This document shows positions 36,620-44,845 of a DNA stretch of 46,450 bases, piece after piece. The notes beneath the pieces are model-generated. The model searched no databases. It saw only the letters and a program-made list of their open reading frames with translations, and was not told the origin of the DNA. The stretch covers positions 1 through 46,450 of the forward strand of contig WGAQ01000159.1 of the NCBI GenBank assembly GCA_015494735.1, written 5' to 3'. Source of the DNA: a candidate division WOR-3 bacterium (lineage in GTDB: Bacteria > Hydrothermota > Hydrothermia > LBFQ01 > DSFT01). Each line of letters starts with the position of its first letter. Position 1 is the first letter of the stretch. The position numbers were made by a program, and so were the translations under genes.

Positions 36620-37834
36620 TCAGAGGAAGAAGTACAATCCGATTGCAGCAAGGATTATCAGAAGGAGCACAACGAACAGTCCCACGAGCAACTTCTTCCA
36701 CCCTCCGCTCGATGCCTCCACCTCCTCGAATTCGAATTCGGCCTCTTCCTCCTCTTCATCTATGGGTATGAACTGGGTAATCTTCATTCCGGCCACCTCT
36801 TCCTCCGACACCACACCGCCCCTCGTCGCATATCCACCTTCGGGAACCTCTATCTCCTCCACCCTGTAGCTGTCGTCCTTAACTATACCGGTGTCCAGAA
36901 TGGCCTTTATGAATTCCGCCGCACTCTGATACCTCTCCGATGGAACCTTGTCTATGGCCTTCATCACTATCCTGTCCACCTCCGGAGGCACTTCCGGATT
37001 CAGGCGGGATGGGGGAGGCGCCTCTCCGGAGAAAACCTTTCTCTGCAGGACCCAGATACTCTCGTTCTTCTCCTGCTTCTGGTCCCTGGACTTCTTCTTT
37101 ATGTATGCCAGGTCCTTCTCATCGAGATAGTATGGTGTCTTACCTGTGAGCATCTCGTAAAGGATGACTCCGACGGAGTATATATCGCTCCTGTGGTCCC
37201 ACCTTCCCTTGAACTGCTCCGGAGCCATGTACTCGGGGGTTCCTGGAATCCTCTTCTCCCTCCTGGCGGAGCCCATAACTATATCGGCGATGCCGAAATC
37301 CAGCAGATAAACCCTCCCATCCGTCGAGAGCATCACGTTGCTGGGCTTGATGTCCCTGTGTATGATGCGCTTTTTGTGAGCATAATCCAGGGCCTTCAGA
37401 ATCTCCACCGTAATCCTGAGGGCTTCCTGTACGGGCAGCTTCCCCCTCTCCCTGATGTAGGTGTCGAGGGTTATGCCATTCACATAGTACATCACGATGT
37501 AGAATCGGCCCTTGTGCTCTCCGAAATCGTAAACCTTGACGATGTTGGGATGGTCCAGTTCCTGAGCCACCATCTGGGCCTCTTTGTAGAACATGGTCCG
37601 GGCCTCTTCATCCAGAGTCATGTCTCCCTTGAGAATCTTGAGAGCCACCTTCCTCCTGAGGGTTATCTGCTCTGCTTCGTAAACGTCCGCCATCCCCCCC
37701 GATGCTATCTTCTTCCTTATCCTGTACTTGCCCCCTACGATTTCCCCGATGTTTATCTCCGGAAGTTTTACTTCCTTCTTCTCACCCTTTTTCACTTCCT
37801 TCCTGACCGCGTCCTTCTCCTTCTCTTTCATCAT
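36620..37834 (-). CDS. Hanks-type Ser/Thr protein kinase, C-terminally tail-anchored
   Basis: VALKIL (Lys), HRDIKPSNVML, DFGIAD, GTPEYMAPE. Acidic stretch DEEEEEAEFEFEE, then a terminal TM WKKLLVGLFVVLLLIILAAIGLYFFL. ATGA overlap with the PP2C gene. Confidence 0.9.
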   Translation of the reverse strand: MMKEKEKDAVRKEVKKGEKKEVKLPEINIGEIVGGKYRIRKKIASGGMADVYEAEQITLRRKVALKILKGDMTLDEEARTMFYKEAQMVAQELDHPNIVKVYDFGEHKGRFYIVMYYVNGITLDTYIRERGKLPVQEALRITVEILKALDYAHKKRIIHRDIKPSNVMLSTDGRVYLLDFGIADIVMGSARREKRIPGTPEYMAPEQFKGRWDHRSDIYSVGVILYEMLTGKTPYYLDEKDLAYIKKKSRDQKQEKNESIWVLQRKVFSGEAPPPSRLNPEVPPEVDRIVMKAIDKVPSERYQSAAEFIKAILDTGIVKDDSYRVEEIEVPEGGYATRGGVVSEEEVAGMKITQFIPIDEEEEEAEFEFEEVEASSGGWKKLLVGLFVVLLLIILAAIGLYFFL

Positions 37835-38613
37835 AAAACCTCCAGAAGAGCCTTCACCCTGTCTATAAGACCGGCTTCGCTCTTCAAAATTTCCACCACC
37901 ACCACGGTTATGTTATCCTCTCCACCCCTGCTGTTGGCCAGTTCTATTATCAGGTCCACAGCATCCTTTGGACTGTACTTCCTGAGGATTTCCTTCAATT
38001 CGTCGTTCGTGAAGTATATGTAGGCCCCATCGCTCGCCAGGAGGAACTTGTCTCCATCCACCACGAGCCCGGTATATAGTTTGGGAATCACAATTTCCTT
38101 GTACCCCAGGGCCTTGGTCAGAACGTGCTTGGACGGATGGGTCTCCGCATCCTCCGGGGACAGGGCACCCCTCTTGACCAAAGCCATGGCCTGGGTGTCG
38201 TCTTCCGTAATCTGTCTGAAGAATCTCCCGTACCTGAGCAGGTAAGCCCTGGTATCTCCCACGTGGACTATGTAGTACCGCTTCCCATAGATGAAGAGGG
38301 CCGTAAAGGTGGTCATGGCCCCGTAGTATTCCTCGCTCGTGCTGACCCTGTAGGTGCTCTTGCTGGCTTCTATAAACGCCTTCTGGAGGAGTTCCACCGG
38401 GTCCCTGATCTTGCCGTAGTACTCCTTCACAGTCTCCACGAAGGTCTGGGTGGCCTCATAACTGGCCTTATCCCCGGACATTCGACCCCCCAGCCCGTCC
38501 GCCACCACGAACAGACCTATGCTGGGGTCTATGGCGAAGAAATCCTCGTTCTTTGGACGCTTGCGCCCTATATCCGTATTGCCGAATGCCCTTCCCCGTC
38601 CCTTCGTCTTCAC
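37831..38613 (-). CDS. PP2C family Ser/Thr phosphatase
   Basis: GNTDIGRKRPKNEDFF, VADGLGG, LLASDGAY, GGEDNITVVVVE. GTG start. Confidence 0.9.
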   Translation of the reverse strand: MKTKGRGRAFGNTDIGRKRPKNEDFFAIDPSIGLFVVADGLGGRMSGDKASYEATQTFVETVKEYYGKIRDPVELLQKAFIEASKSTYRVSTSEEYYGAMTTFTALFIYGKRYYIVHVGDTRAYLLRYGRFFRQITEDDTQAMALVKRGALSPEDAETHPSKHVLTKALGYKEIVIPKLYTGLVVDGDKFLLASDGAYIYFTNDELKEILRKYSPKDAVDLIIELANSRGGEDNITVVVVEILKSEAGLIDRVKALLEVL

Positions 38614-38627
38614 CTATGACCTTCCCT

Positions 38628-39014
38628 TCAGGAAGCGAACCAGCCCTTCATCGCCTCCTCGAAGAGGGATGCATAGCGGGAGAGGATGGCTGTAACTATT
38701 CCGAGAGTGGCTTTCTCTCTGGAAACTATCAGATGCAGGTAGAATTCCCCGTTGCTGACGGGCTTGGTCAGCACTATGTGGTTCTCGCTTATCCCAATGA
38801 GGGTCGAAAGGGATGCAGAGGACAGAGCCTCCAGAGCCCGCATCTGGTACCTGGTGGCCTCCATGCTGTACGCAGCCGAAACCTGCAGGTCTATATCCTC
38901 AGCAGACTTGGTCTCCACTACCGTCAATCCCTCCTTACCCTCCACGATGGCTCCCCCGAGAAATCCGGGCACCTCATCCTTCAGATTTTCCAGGAGTTCC
39001 TTCAGTTTCTCCAT
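38628..39014 (-). CDS. Roadblock/LC7 domain protein (second MglB/MglC-like paralogue)
   Basis: 128 aa. VPGFLGGAIVEGKEGLTVVETKS...HIVLTKPVSNGEFYLHLIVSREKATLGIV follows the Roadblock pattern. Its start overlaps the RR stop (TAATG), with AAGGAGGT SD. Confidence 0.7.
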   Translation of the reverse strand: MEKLKELLENLKDEVPGFLGGAIVEGKEGLTVVETKSAEDIDLQVSAAYSMEATRYQMRALEALSSASLSTLIGISENHIVLTKPVSNGEFYLHLIVSREKATLGIVTAILSRYASLFEEAMKGWFAS

Positions 39015-40153
39015 TATTCCACCTCCTTGGATAGTAATTCAAAGATTCTCTTCAAAACCCTCGAATACTCGACTCGGGCGAGTGAGATAGAAACATTAAC
39101 GAGGGCCATAAGGACAAGGAAACCTCCCTTAAACTCCACGTAAAGCAATCTATTATCCTCCAGTTCTATATATCCAGACACTATCTTCCCCACGGAAAGC
39201 AGCCCGTTGACCAGGGGATAGTAAAGCCCCAGACCATAGAGGAGATTGGCATCTGCATCGTATATCTCCAGAACCTCCATCCTGTCGTCGGAGGCCAGTA
39301 TCTCCCCTATTATGTCCGCTATGGGCTCCGGAAGGGGTTTTACCCGGGGGCCTTCCGCCTTCTCTGCTACGAATTTTCCTATGGATTCCCCCTCCGAATC
39401 GGTTTCCTCCTCTTCCTGAATTATGCCCTCGAATATGGAGCCAGTGAATTCGTACGATTCTTCTCCTCCCCCTTCCATGCTCAAACCGGAGGATTCCTCG
39501 TCTATCTGGGCGAAAATCTCGAGCATCAGATTACTGAAGGGGATATCTATGGTCTTCTTGGGTGGCTTCACCCCCTTTTCCACCGAGAACGTACCTCCCT
39601 CGAGGGAGAATATGACCTTCAGTGCATCGAGCCCCTCTATATCACCGAATCGGGCATGCACTATCTCCCCATCCTGCATGTATATCCTTCCAATTCCGGC
39701 AGCGGAGGAAATGTTTATCACCGCATTGGCCTTTTCCACATTGAGTATGTTCAGCATGTCCGTGATGCTCAGCTCCTTCACCACCCCCCTGAATCCACCC
39801 TTCTCGAGTTTGCGCAGGAGCTGAAGCAGATAATCTATGTCGAAGGGTTTCTCTATGTATTCGACCGCCCCCTTCTCTATGGCGAGCCTCTCCAGTTCAT
39901 CCGAACCCCTGGCGGTCATCACTATGACCCGTATATCCTTATTCCTCTTCTTCGCCTCCTCTATGAGGTCCAGACCCGAAAGCTCGTCCATCTTGATGTC
40001 CGTTATCAATATATCGGCAGGCTCCGTTGAAAGGACTTCTATTGCCCTCCTGGGACTGGTCTCGGTAATCACATCGTAGCCATGTCTCTTGAGGTATCTC
40101 GAAAGCCCCAGGAGGATGTCCTCCTCATCGTCCACTATAAGAACCCTCTTCAT
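39014..40153 (-). CDS. Response regulator: REC + DUF4388/PATAN-like + C-terminal Roadblock-like region
   Basis: REC: VLIVDDEEDI, ILITDIKMDE, VIVMTA, YIEKPF. Middle: FRGVVKELSITDMLNILNVEKANAVINISSAAGIGRIYMQDGEIVHARFGDIEGLDALKVIFSLEGGTFSV, the DUF4388 pattern. C-terminus: MEVLEIYDADANLLYGL...YIELEDNRLLYVEFKGGFLVLMALVNVSISLARV. Confidence 0.85.
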   Translation of the reverse strand: MKRVLIVDDEEDILLGLSRYLKRHGYDVITETSPRRAIEVLSTEPADILITDIKMDELSGLDLIEEAKKRNKDIRVIVMTARGSDELERLAIEKGAVEYIEKPFDIDYLLQLLRKLEKGGFRGVVKELSITDMLNILNVEKANAVINISSAAGIGRIYMQDGEIVHARFGDIEGLDALKVIFSLEGGTFSVEKGVKPPKKTIDIPFSNLMLEIFAQIDEESSGLSMEGGGEESYEFTGSIFEGIIQEEEETDSEGESIGKFVAEKAEGPRVKPLPEPIADIIGEILASDDRMEVLEIYDADANLLYGLGLYYPLVNGLLSVGKIVSGYIELEDNRLLYVEFKGGFLVLMALVNVSISLARVEYSRVLKRIFELLSKEVE

Positions 40154-41454
40154 TCGTAAGGCCTCCCTTTGAAATAGAGAGTGAAGGTCGTGCCTTTGCC
40201 GGGCTCACTATCCACCTCCACTATGCCCTCGTTATCCTTTACAAGTTTATGGACAACGTAGAGTCCCAGACCGGTTCCCTCCTCCTTGGTGGTGTAAAAT
40301 GGGTAAAAAATCTTATCCTGCCTGTCCTTAGGGATTCCCACTCCGAAGTCCCTGACCTTTATATAGGCGTATTTCTTCGTTGCATCTGCGAATACGCTGG
40401 ACATTCCCGTTTCGATTTGAATTTTACACCCATCTATCCCCCTGCATGCATCTATGGCATTGAGGACCAAATTAATCAGTATCTGCTGGAGGTCCTTCGG
40501 GTCCACAAAGACCTCCACGTCCTCCTTCTCCACGTACTCTATCTCCACCCCCTCCCTGCTGGCCTGCGCCTCCAGTATATTGATGACCTCCTCTATGACC
40601 CCCTTTGCCCGGATATACCGGGGCCTGGAGGTGGAAGGCTTACTGTAAAACAGAAGCTTGGAAATCAAATCGTTGACCCTGTCCACCTGCTTCGAAATTC
40701 TCTGCGCCATTATGCGCTTTTCACCCTCCAGGTCCTGCGCCAGGGTCTGGGCCAGTATCTTGACGCTCGTAAGGGGGTTCTTTATCTCATGGGCGAGGGC
40801 CGCCGCCATTATGCCCACGGAAGTAAGCCTGTCCACCAGGGACATCAAATCCTGCATGCGCTTCTCGTTGGTTATATCCCGGAAGAGCACTATGTAGCCC
40901 TCCACGTTGCGGGAAAAGGGCTTCAAATGAACCAGAAAGTACCTATCCCCCACCTGAACCTCTATGGGCTCCCTGTAACCCCTCGTTTCGTCTGCCTTCG
41001 AGAGGGCCTCCTTTATGAGTTTCTCCACCCCCTCCACTTCCTGAGCATACCTGTTCCTGTAGATTATGGAGCCACCCCTCGAATCGTACAGGACCACTCC
41101 ATAATCTATGGAATTGATGATTTCCTCAGCAAGACCGCTTTTCCTCTCCGGCTTCAGGGAAACATAGAACCCCTTCTCCACGGGTATGACCCTCATGTAG
41201 TAGGTCCTGGACTCCCCATCCGGAGTCCTTATGGGCACCCTCAGGCTCAGGGGCTGCAGACTCCTCCTGCTGTTCTCCAGAAGGCTCCTGACCACCCGCG
41301 CATACCCCGATGGAAAGATGGACAGGAAGTCCTCCTCCTTCCCCAGATGCATCTGCGCCTTCGTATTCCTGTCCACTATGCGAAACTGATTGTCCACTTC
41401 CAGAAGCAGATCGCTGCTCAGGTCCAGAAGCCTCCCTATCGAAACGACGCTCAT
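40150..41454 (-). CDS. Cytoplasmic PAS-domain sensor histidine kinase
   Basis: H-box ALAHEIKNPLTSV, N-box LINLVLNAIDA, G1 VRDFGVGI, G2 GTGLGLYVVHKLV. No TM segments. ATGA overlaps at both ends. Confidence 0.9.
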   Translation of the reverse strand: MSVVSIGRLLDLSSDLLLEVDNQFRIVDRNTKAQMHLGKEEDFLSIFPSGYARVVRSLLENSRRSLQPLSLRVPIRTPDGESRTYYMRVIPVEKGFYVSLKPERKSGLAEEIINSIDYGVVLYDSRGGSIIYRNRYAQEVEGVEKLIKEALSKADETRGYREPIEVQVGDRYFLVHLKPFSRNVEGYIVLFRDITNEKRMQDLMSLVDRLTSVGIMAAALAHEIKNPLTSVKILAQTLAQDLEGEKRIMAQRISKQVDRVNDLISKLLFYSKPSTSRPRYIRAKGVIEEVINILEAQASREGVEIEYVEKEDVEVFVDPKDLQQILINLVLNAIDACRGIDGCKIQIETGMSSVFADATKKYAYIKVRDFGVGIPKDRQDKIFYPFYTTKEEGTGLGLYVVHKLVKDNEGIVEVDSEPGKGTTFTLYFKGRPYE

Positions 41455-42044
41455 CCCACCTGTGCCTTCTTCACTATCTTGGTCATAACCTGTTTAACAA
41501 CTCCATCGAGGGTCTGGAAGACTCCCTTACCCTCCTTGGCGATGGCTTCGAAGTACGGAACATCCCAGTGGTTGAGGTCTGACTGGAGGGTGGGGATATC
41601 CAGAACGCTGGGCAAATCCCTCTTGTTGTACTGAATGACGAAAGCCAGGGTCTCGATAGGGGTCTTGAACTCCTTCAGGGTCTCCACCATCTCGTTCATA
41701 ATCTTGATGTTGGCCTCCCTCCTGTCCACGGCAGAATCCGCCACGAATACCACACCGTCCGTTCCCTTCAGCACCAGTTTTCGGGATACGCGATAGAATT
41801 CCTGGCCCGGAACCGTGTACAGGTGGAATTTGACCCTGAATCCACTCGGTGTCTTGACCTCCACGGGAAGGAAATCGAAGTACATGGTTCTCTCGCCCTT
41901 GGTGTCCACCGTGACCATCTCGCCCCTGAATTGAGGATTCAACTTCCTGTAGATGTACTTCAGATTCGTGGTCTTTCCACTCAGAGCCGGGCCGTAATAT
42001 ACGATTTTAACATGTATCTCCTTCTTCCTGTGGTCTATCAGCAT
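41451..42044 (-). CDS. mglA: MglA-type Ras-like small GTPase
   Basis: KIVYYGPALSGKTTNL, ERTMYFDFLP, FHLYTVPGQEFY (the MglA-specific PGQ switch II), GTDGVVFVADS, QYNKRDLP. Close to my recollection of Myxococcus MglA. Confidence 0.9.
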   Translation of the reverse strand: MLIDHRKKEIHVKIVYYGPALSGKTTNLKYIYRKLNPQFRGEMVTVDTKGERTMYFDFLPVEVKTPSGFRVKFHLYTVPGQEFYRVSRKLVLKGTDGVVFVADSAVDRREANIKIMNEMVETLKEFKTPIETLAFVIQYNKRDLPSVLDIPTLQSDLNHWDVPYFEAIAKEGKGVFQTLDGVVKQVMTKIVKKAQVG

Positions 42045-42064
42045 GGATTCGACCCCCTCTCTGC

Positions 42065-42532
42065 TTATTCCTCATCGAGCAAATCGGTGAAGGACAGTCC
42101 CTCCAGGAAAGAGGTATCTCCACCGAACAATTCCTGCACGTCGGAGTCGGAAGCGGATGCAGCCTGCTCCAGTTCCTCGATGTTCTTCTTTATGAGTCTC
42201 GCAGCCTTCCTCACCTCCACCAGCAGAAGACCCAGAGAGGCATCGGTGGTTATGGAGAGAGCCAGCAGGTAATCCTTGGATATCCTGTACAGGAGGAGCA
42301 TCCTCTCCTTCCCCTTCACGTACACCTCGGAAAGGGAGCCCCCCTTCAGTTCGGAGAGAACCGTGTCTCCCAGCCCCACCAGGGCTGCCGATATGGCCCC
42401 GAAGTTCTCCTCGTTTATTTCCCCTCCCAGTTCCGAGGCCATCACGATTCCCTCCATATTGGCCACAGCGGCCGCCCTTATCTGAGGGACCTTCTTTATC
42501 AGGTCCTGCAGTATCGCTTCTATCTTTTCCAT
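42065..42532 (-). CDS. mglB: Roadblock/LC7 protein MglB (GTPase-activating partner) with acidic C-terminal extension
   Basis: VPQIRAAAVANMEGIVMASE...EVYVKGKERMLLLYRISKDYLLALSITTDASLGLL, immediately upstream of mglA. Tail is DSDVQELFGGDTSFLEGLSFTDLLDEE. Confidence 0.8.
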   Translation of the reverse strand: MEKIEAILQDLIKKVPQIRAAAVANMEGIVMASELGGEINEENFGAISAALVGLGDTVLSELKGGSLSEVYVKGKERMLLLYRISKDYLLALSITTDASLGLLLVEVRKAARLIKKNIEELEQAASASDSDVQELFGGDTSFLEGLSFTDLLDEE

Positions 42533-42555
42533 AATAACCCCCTTACTTGCTTAAC

Positions 42556-43779
42556 TCAGAAGAATATCCCCGCAATAGAGCCCATGTGGGCGCCGGGATA
42601 GAGATTTTCTGCAATTACCACCTCTTCCACCGTCTCCACCAGGAGATAGGGAGCCTTGAGGTTATCGCCAATCCTCCTCTGCTCCTCCACGTAATCCTCG
42701 AGGGAAAGGACCCTCCTCCTGACGAAACTCTCGAACATGAGGGCCCCGTTTATCTTGTCCAGACGTCCCATGGCTCTGCCCATCATCTTATCCACCGCCT
42801 CGTGCATCTCCTCCGTACTGGATTCCATGAGCCATATGGAGTCCCCCTCGCTCAGGAATGCATTGAGCCTGATTCCCCTCTCCGATATATTCATGGGAAG
42901 GACAGCCCTGAAGATGCCCGGCTTGTTCTTATCTGCCACAGCGAACTGGAACCTGTTCAGTATGCGGCTGGCCTTCACGGGGTCCCTTATATCCTCCTCG
43001 CTGTATCCCTTTCTGGAAAGCACATCGAGCAGGATGTAGAATGCGGGGTCGTCATCCAGGGATATAATCATGTCGCCCCTTATACCCGTAATCTTGAAGG
43101 GTCTAACGGGATGAAATCCGTGGGCCTGGTCCACGTAAAATCTTACATCGGACTCCAGTTTGATGAATATGGCATGGTCCGTATAGGTCTTTCCGTTTAA
43201 CAGGAACGTCTGGTACTCCATCTTCTCAGGGTCCCCCACGATTCCCCCGATTATACCATCGAAACTGTCCGCAAATTCCACCAGGGCATTGTAGGTATTC
43301 TCCCCGGCGAGCGGAATGGAATTGGGGGCGAAGAACACAAGGTAATTATATTCCCTGTTGCTCGAACTTTCAATAAGTTTACCAACTGCTTCATGTATCG
43401 CCCTCTTGGAGCCGAGGGAGAACCCCTTCGCTATCTCCACGCGGGCTCTCACCTTCCTGGAGAATATTCCTACGGCAACCCCGCTCTCGGAGCCAGCCGA
43501 ATGGGCCGCCGCGAAGTTGTTCACGAGGATTGCCACCGGAACATCTCCCACCACGCTCCTTATACCGTCGTACACCTTCCGATAATCGTAGTCGGGGGTA
43601 ACGATTCCTATAGCGAGAGAGTACTCGTTGTCCTGAAGAAGAGAGGCAGCCTCCCTTGCAGCATCGACACCGGCACCGAAATTCTTCTCGGAGTTGGAGA
43701 ATCCGGCTCCGAAATACATGAACGTACCAGCCATCAACTGTTTTTTCGAAAAATCTACCCTGTCCTTAAACTTATCCAT
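42556..43779 (-). CDS. FIST (N+C) domain signal-sensor protein
   Basis: 407 aa. GAGFSNSEKNFGAGVDAAREAA...VPVAILVNNFAAAHS...GFHPVRPFKITGIRGDMIISLDDDPAFYILLDVL...FAVADKNKPGIFRAVLPMNISERGIRLNAFLSEGDSIWLM follows the FIST_N/FIST_C layout. Confidence 0.7.
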   Translation of the reverse strand: MDKFKDRVDFSKKQLMAGTFMYFGAGFSNSEKNFGAGVDAAREAASLLQDNEYSLAIGIVTPDYDYRKVYDGIRSVVGDVPVAILVNNFAAAHSAGSESGVAVGIFSRKVRARVEIAKGFSLGSKRAIHEAVGKLIESSSNREYNYLVFFAPNSIPLAGENTYNALVEFADSFDGIIGGIVGDPEKMEYQTFLLNGKTYTDHAIFIKLESDVRFYVDQAHGFHPVRPFKITGIRGDMIISLDDDPAFYILLDVLSRKGYSEEDIRDPVKASRILNRFQFAVADKNKPGIFRAVLPMNISERGIRLNAFLSEGDSIWLMESSTEEMHEAVDKMMGRAMGRLDKINGALMFESFVRRRVLSLEDYVEEQRRIGDNLKAPYLLVETVEEVVIAENLYPGAHMGSIAGIFF

Positions 43780-43789
43780 AACGGCTTCA

Positions 43790-43800
43790 CAATTATAAAG
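43790..43800 (-). promoter_or_regulatory. Promoter-like box upstream of the FIST-mglBA signalling operon
   Basis: Minus strand CTTTATAATTGtgaagccgttATG, in a 41-nt divergent intergenic region shared with cca. Confidence 0.45.
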
Positions 43801-43820
43801 GATTGAGGAGGGGCAAGGTC

Positions 43821-44822
43821 TTGAAAGACATCTACTACGTGGGAGGTGTTGTAAGGGACAGGCTGTTAGGTGTTCCCACGGAAGATGTGGACATGGTCTT
43901 CGTGCCCGATGAGGACGTGGAGAAGAGCATAAGGGAAGTCATCGCATTCATGGAATCCCGGGGCTTCACCCTCAGGATGCGCACTCCCTTCAACACGCTC
44001 AAGTTCGAGAAGGGGGAGAAGGTGGTGGATGTGGCGATGGCGAGGAGGGAAAAGTATCCCCGTCCCGCGTCTCTCCCGAAAGTGGAGCCCGTATTCGACA
44101 TAGTGGAGGACCTGGCCCGGAGGGACTTCACCATAAATGCCATGGCGATGGATATGCATGGGAGGATAATCGACCCCTTCGGAGGAAGGGAGCACCTGAG
44201 GAAGAAAATCCTGATTCCCATATCCAGTTTCATCGACGACCCCACCAGAATCTTCAGGGGAATCCGATATGCGAGGAGGCTCGATCTCAGGTACTCCAGA
44301 AACTTCATGCGGCAGACCGCCAGGGGAAAGCGATACATTCCTGTGCTGTCCTTCGCCCGCATAAAGAACGAACTGGAGCGCATAAGCGTGGAGAGGAAGA
44401 GGTTGCACATGTGGGAGGATATAGTCCACTGGAGGCTTCTGGGAGAGGGCATGATTCCTTCCCTTCTTTCCGAGGTGGAACCGCATATCCCCCACGAGAA
44501 GGGCATGTGGATATTCTTCTTCACCTCCATGGGACTGACCTTCCACAAACTGGAGCACATTACACGGAGGGAGAGGCAATACCTCGAATCCCTTCCGCTG
44601 GCCGGTGAGGATGACCCCATGCGGATTCACAAACTCCTGTATAACCGGGACAGGTACATCGCCCTCATGCTCTACGTGAGAACCGGACGGGATTTCTTCC
44701 TCAGATACTTCGAAAGGAGGGACTCATGCAGGAAGAGGATAAAGGGACTGAAAGGGGAGAAATTCCACAGGGCGTGGCTGGAATGTATATATGGAAGATG
44801 GGATGATTCGGGAAACGGTTAA
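43821..44822 (+). CDS. cca: tRNA nucleotidyltransferase (CCA-adding enzyme/poly(A) polymerase family, short form)
   Basis: IYYVGGVVRDRLLGVPTEDVDMVF, RRDFTINAMAMD, DDPTRIFRGIRYARRL. TTG 43821 with GGAGG at 43807-43811 is preferred over the track's TTG at 43803. Confidence 0.8.
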   Translation: MKDIYYVGGVVRDRLLGVPTEDVDMVFVPDEDVEKSIREVIAFMESRGFTLRMRTPFNTLKFEKGEKVVDVAMARREKYPRPASLPKVEPVFDIVEDLARRDFTINAMAMDMHGRIIDPFGGREHLRKKILIPISSFIDDPTRIFRGIRYARRLDLRYSRNFMRQTARGKRYIPVLSFARIKNELERISVERKRLHMWEDIVHWRLLGEGMIPSLLSEVEPHIPHEKGMWIFFFTSMGLTFHKLEHITRRERQYLESLPLAGEDDPMRIHKLLYNRDRYIALMLYVRTGRDFFLRYFERRDSCRKRIKGLKGEKFHRAWLECIYGRWDDSGNG

Positions 44823-44828
44823 TCCTTC

Positions 44829-44840
44829 TGTAAATTTTTG
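44829..44840 (+). promoter_or_regulatory. Promoter-like box upstream of the SDR gene (leaderless-type)
   Basis: TGTAAATTTTTGaaaccATG. Confidence 0.45.
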
Positions 44841-44845
44841 AAACC

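Noticed and set aside
40249-41634. 461-aa plus-strand ORF antisense to the histidine kinase and mglA
   Set aside because: No recognisable motifs, and it is antisense to two genes with clear catalytic signatures. This is typical of codon-bias-driven open antisense frames. The same reasoning applies to 12533-13354, 20956-21723, 22436-23632, 25277-26251, 25344-26114, 27600-28625, 28704-29765, 33149-34120, 43835-44630 and 45079-46032.
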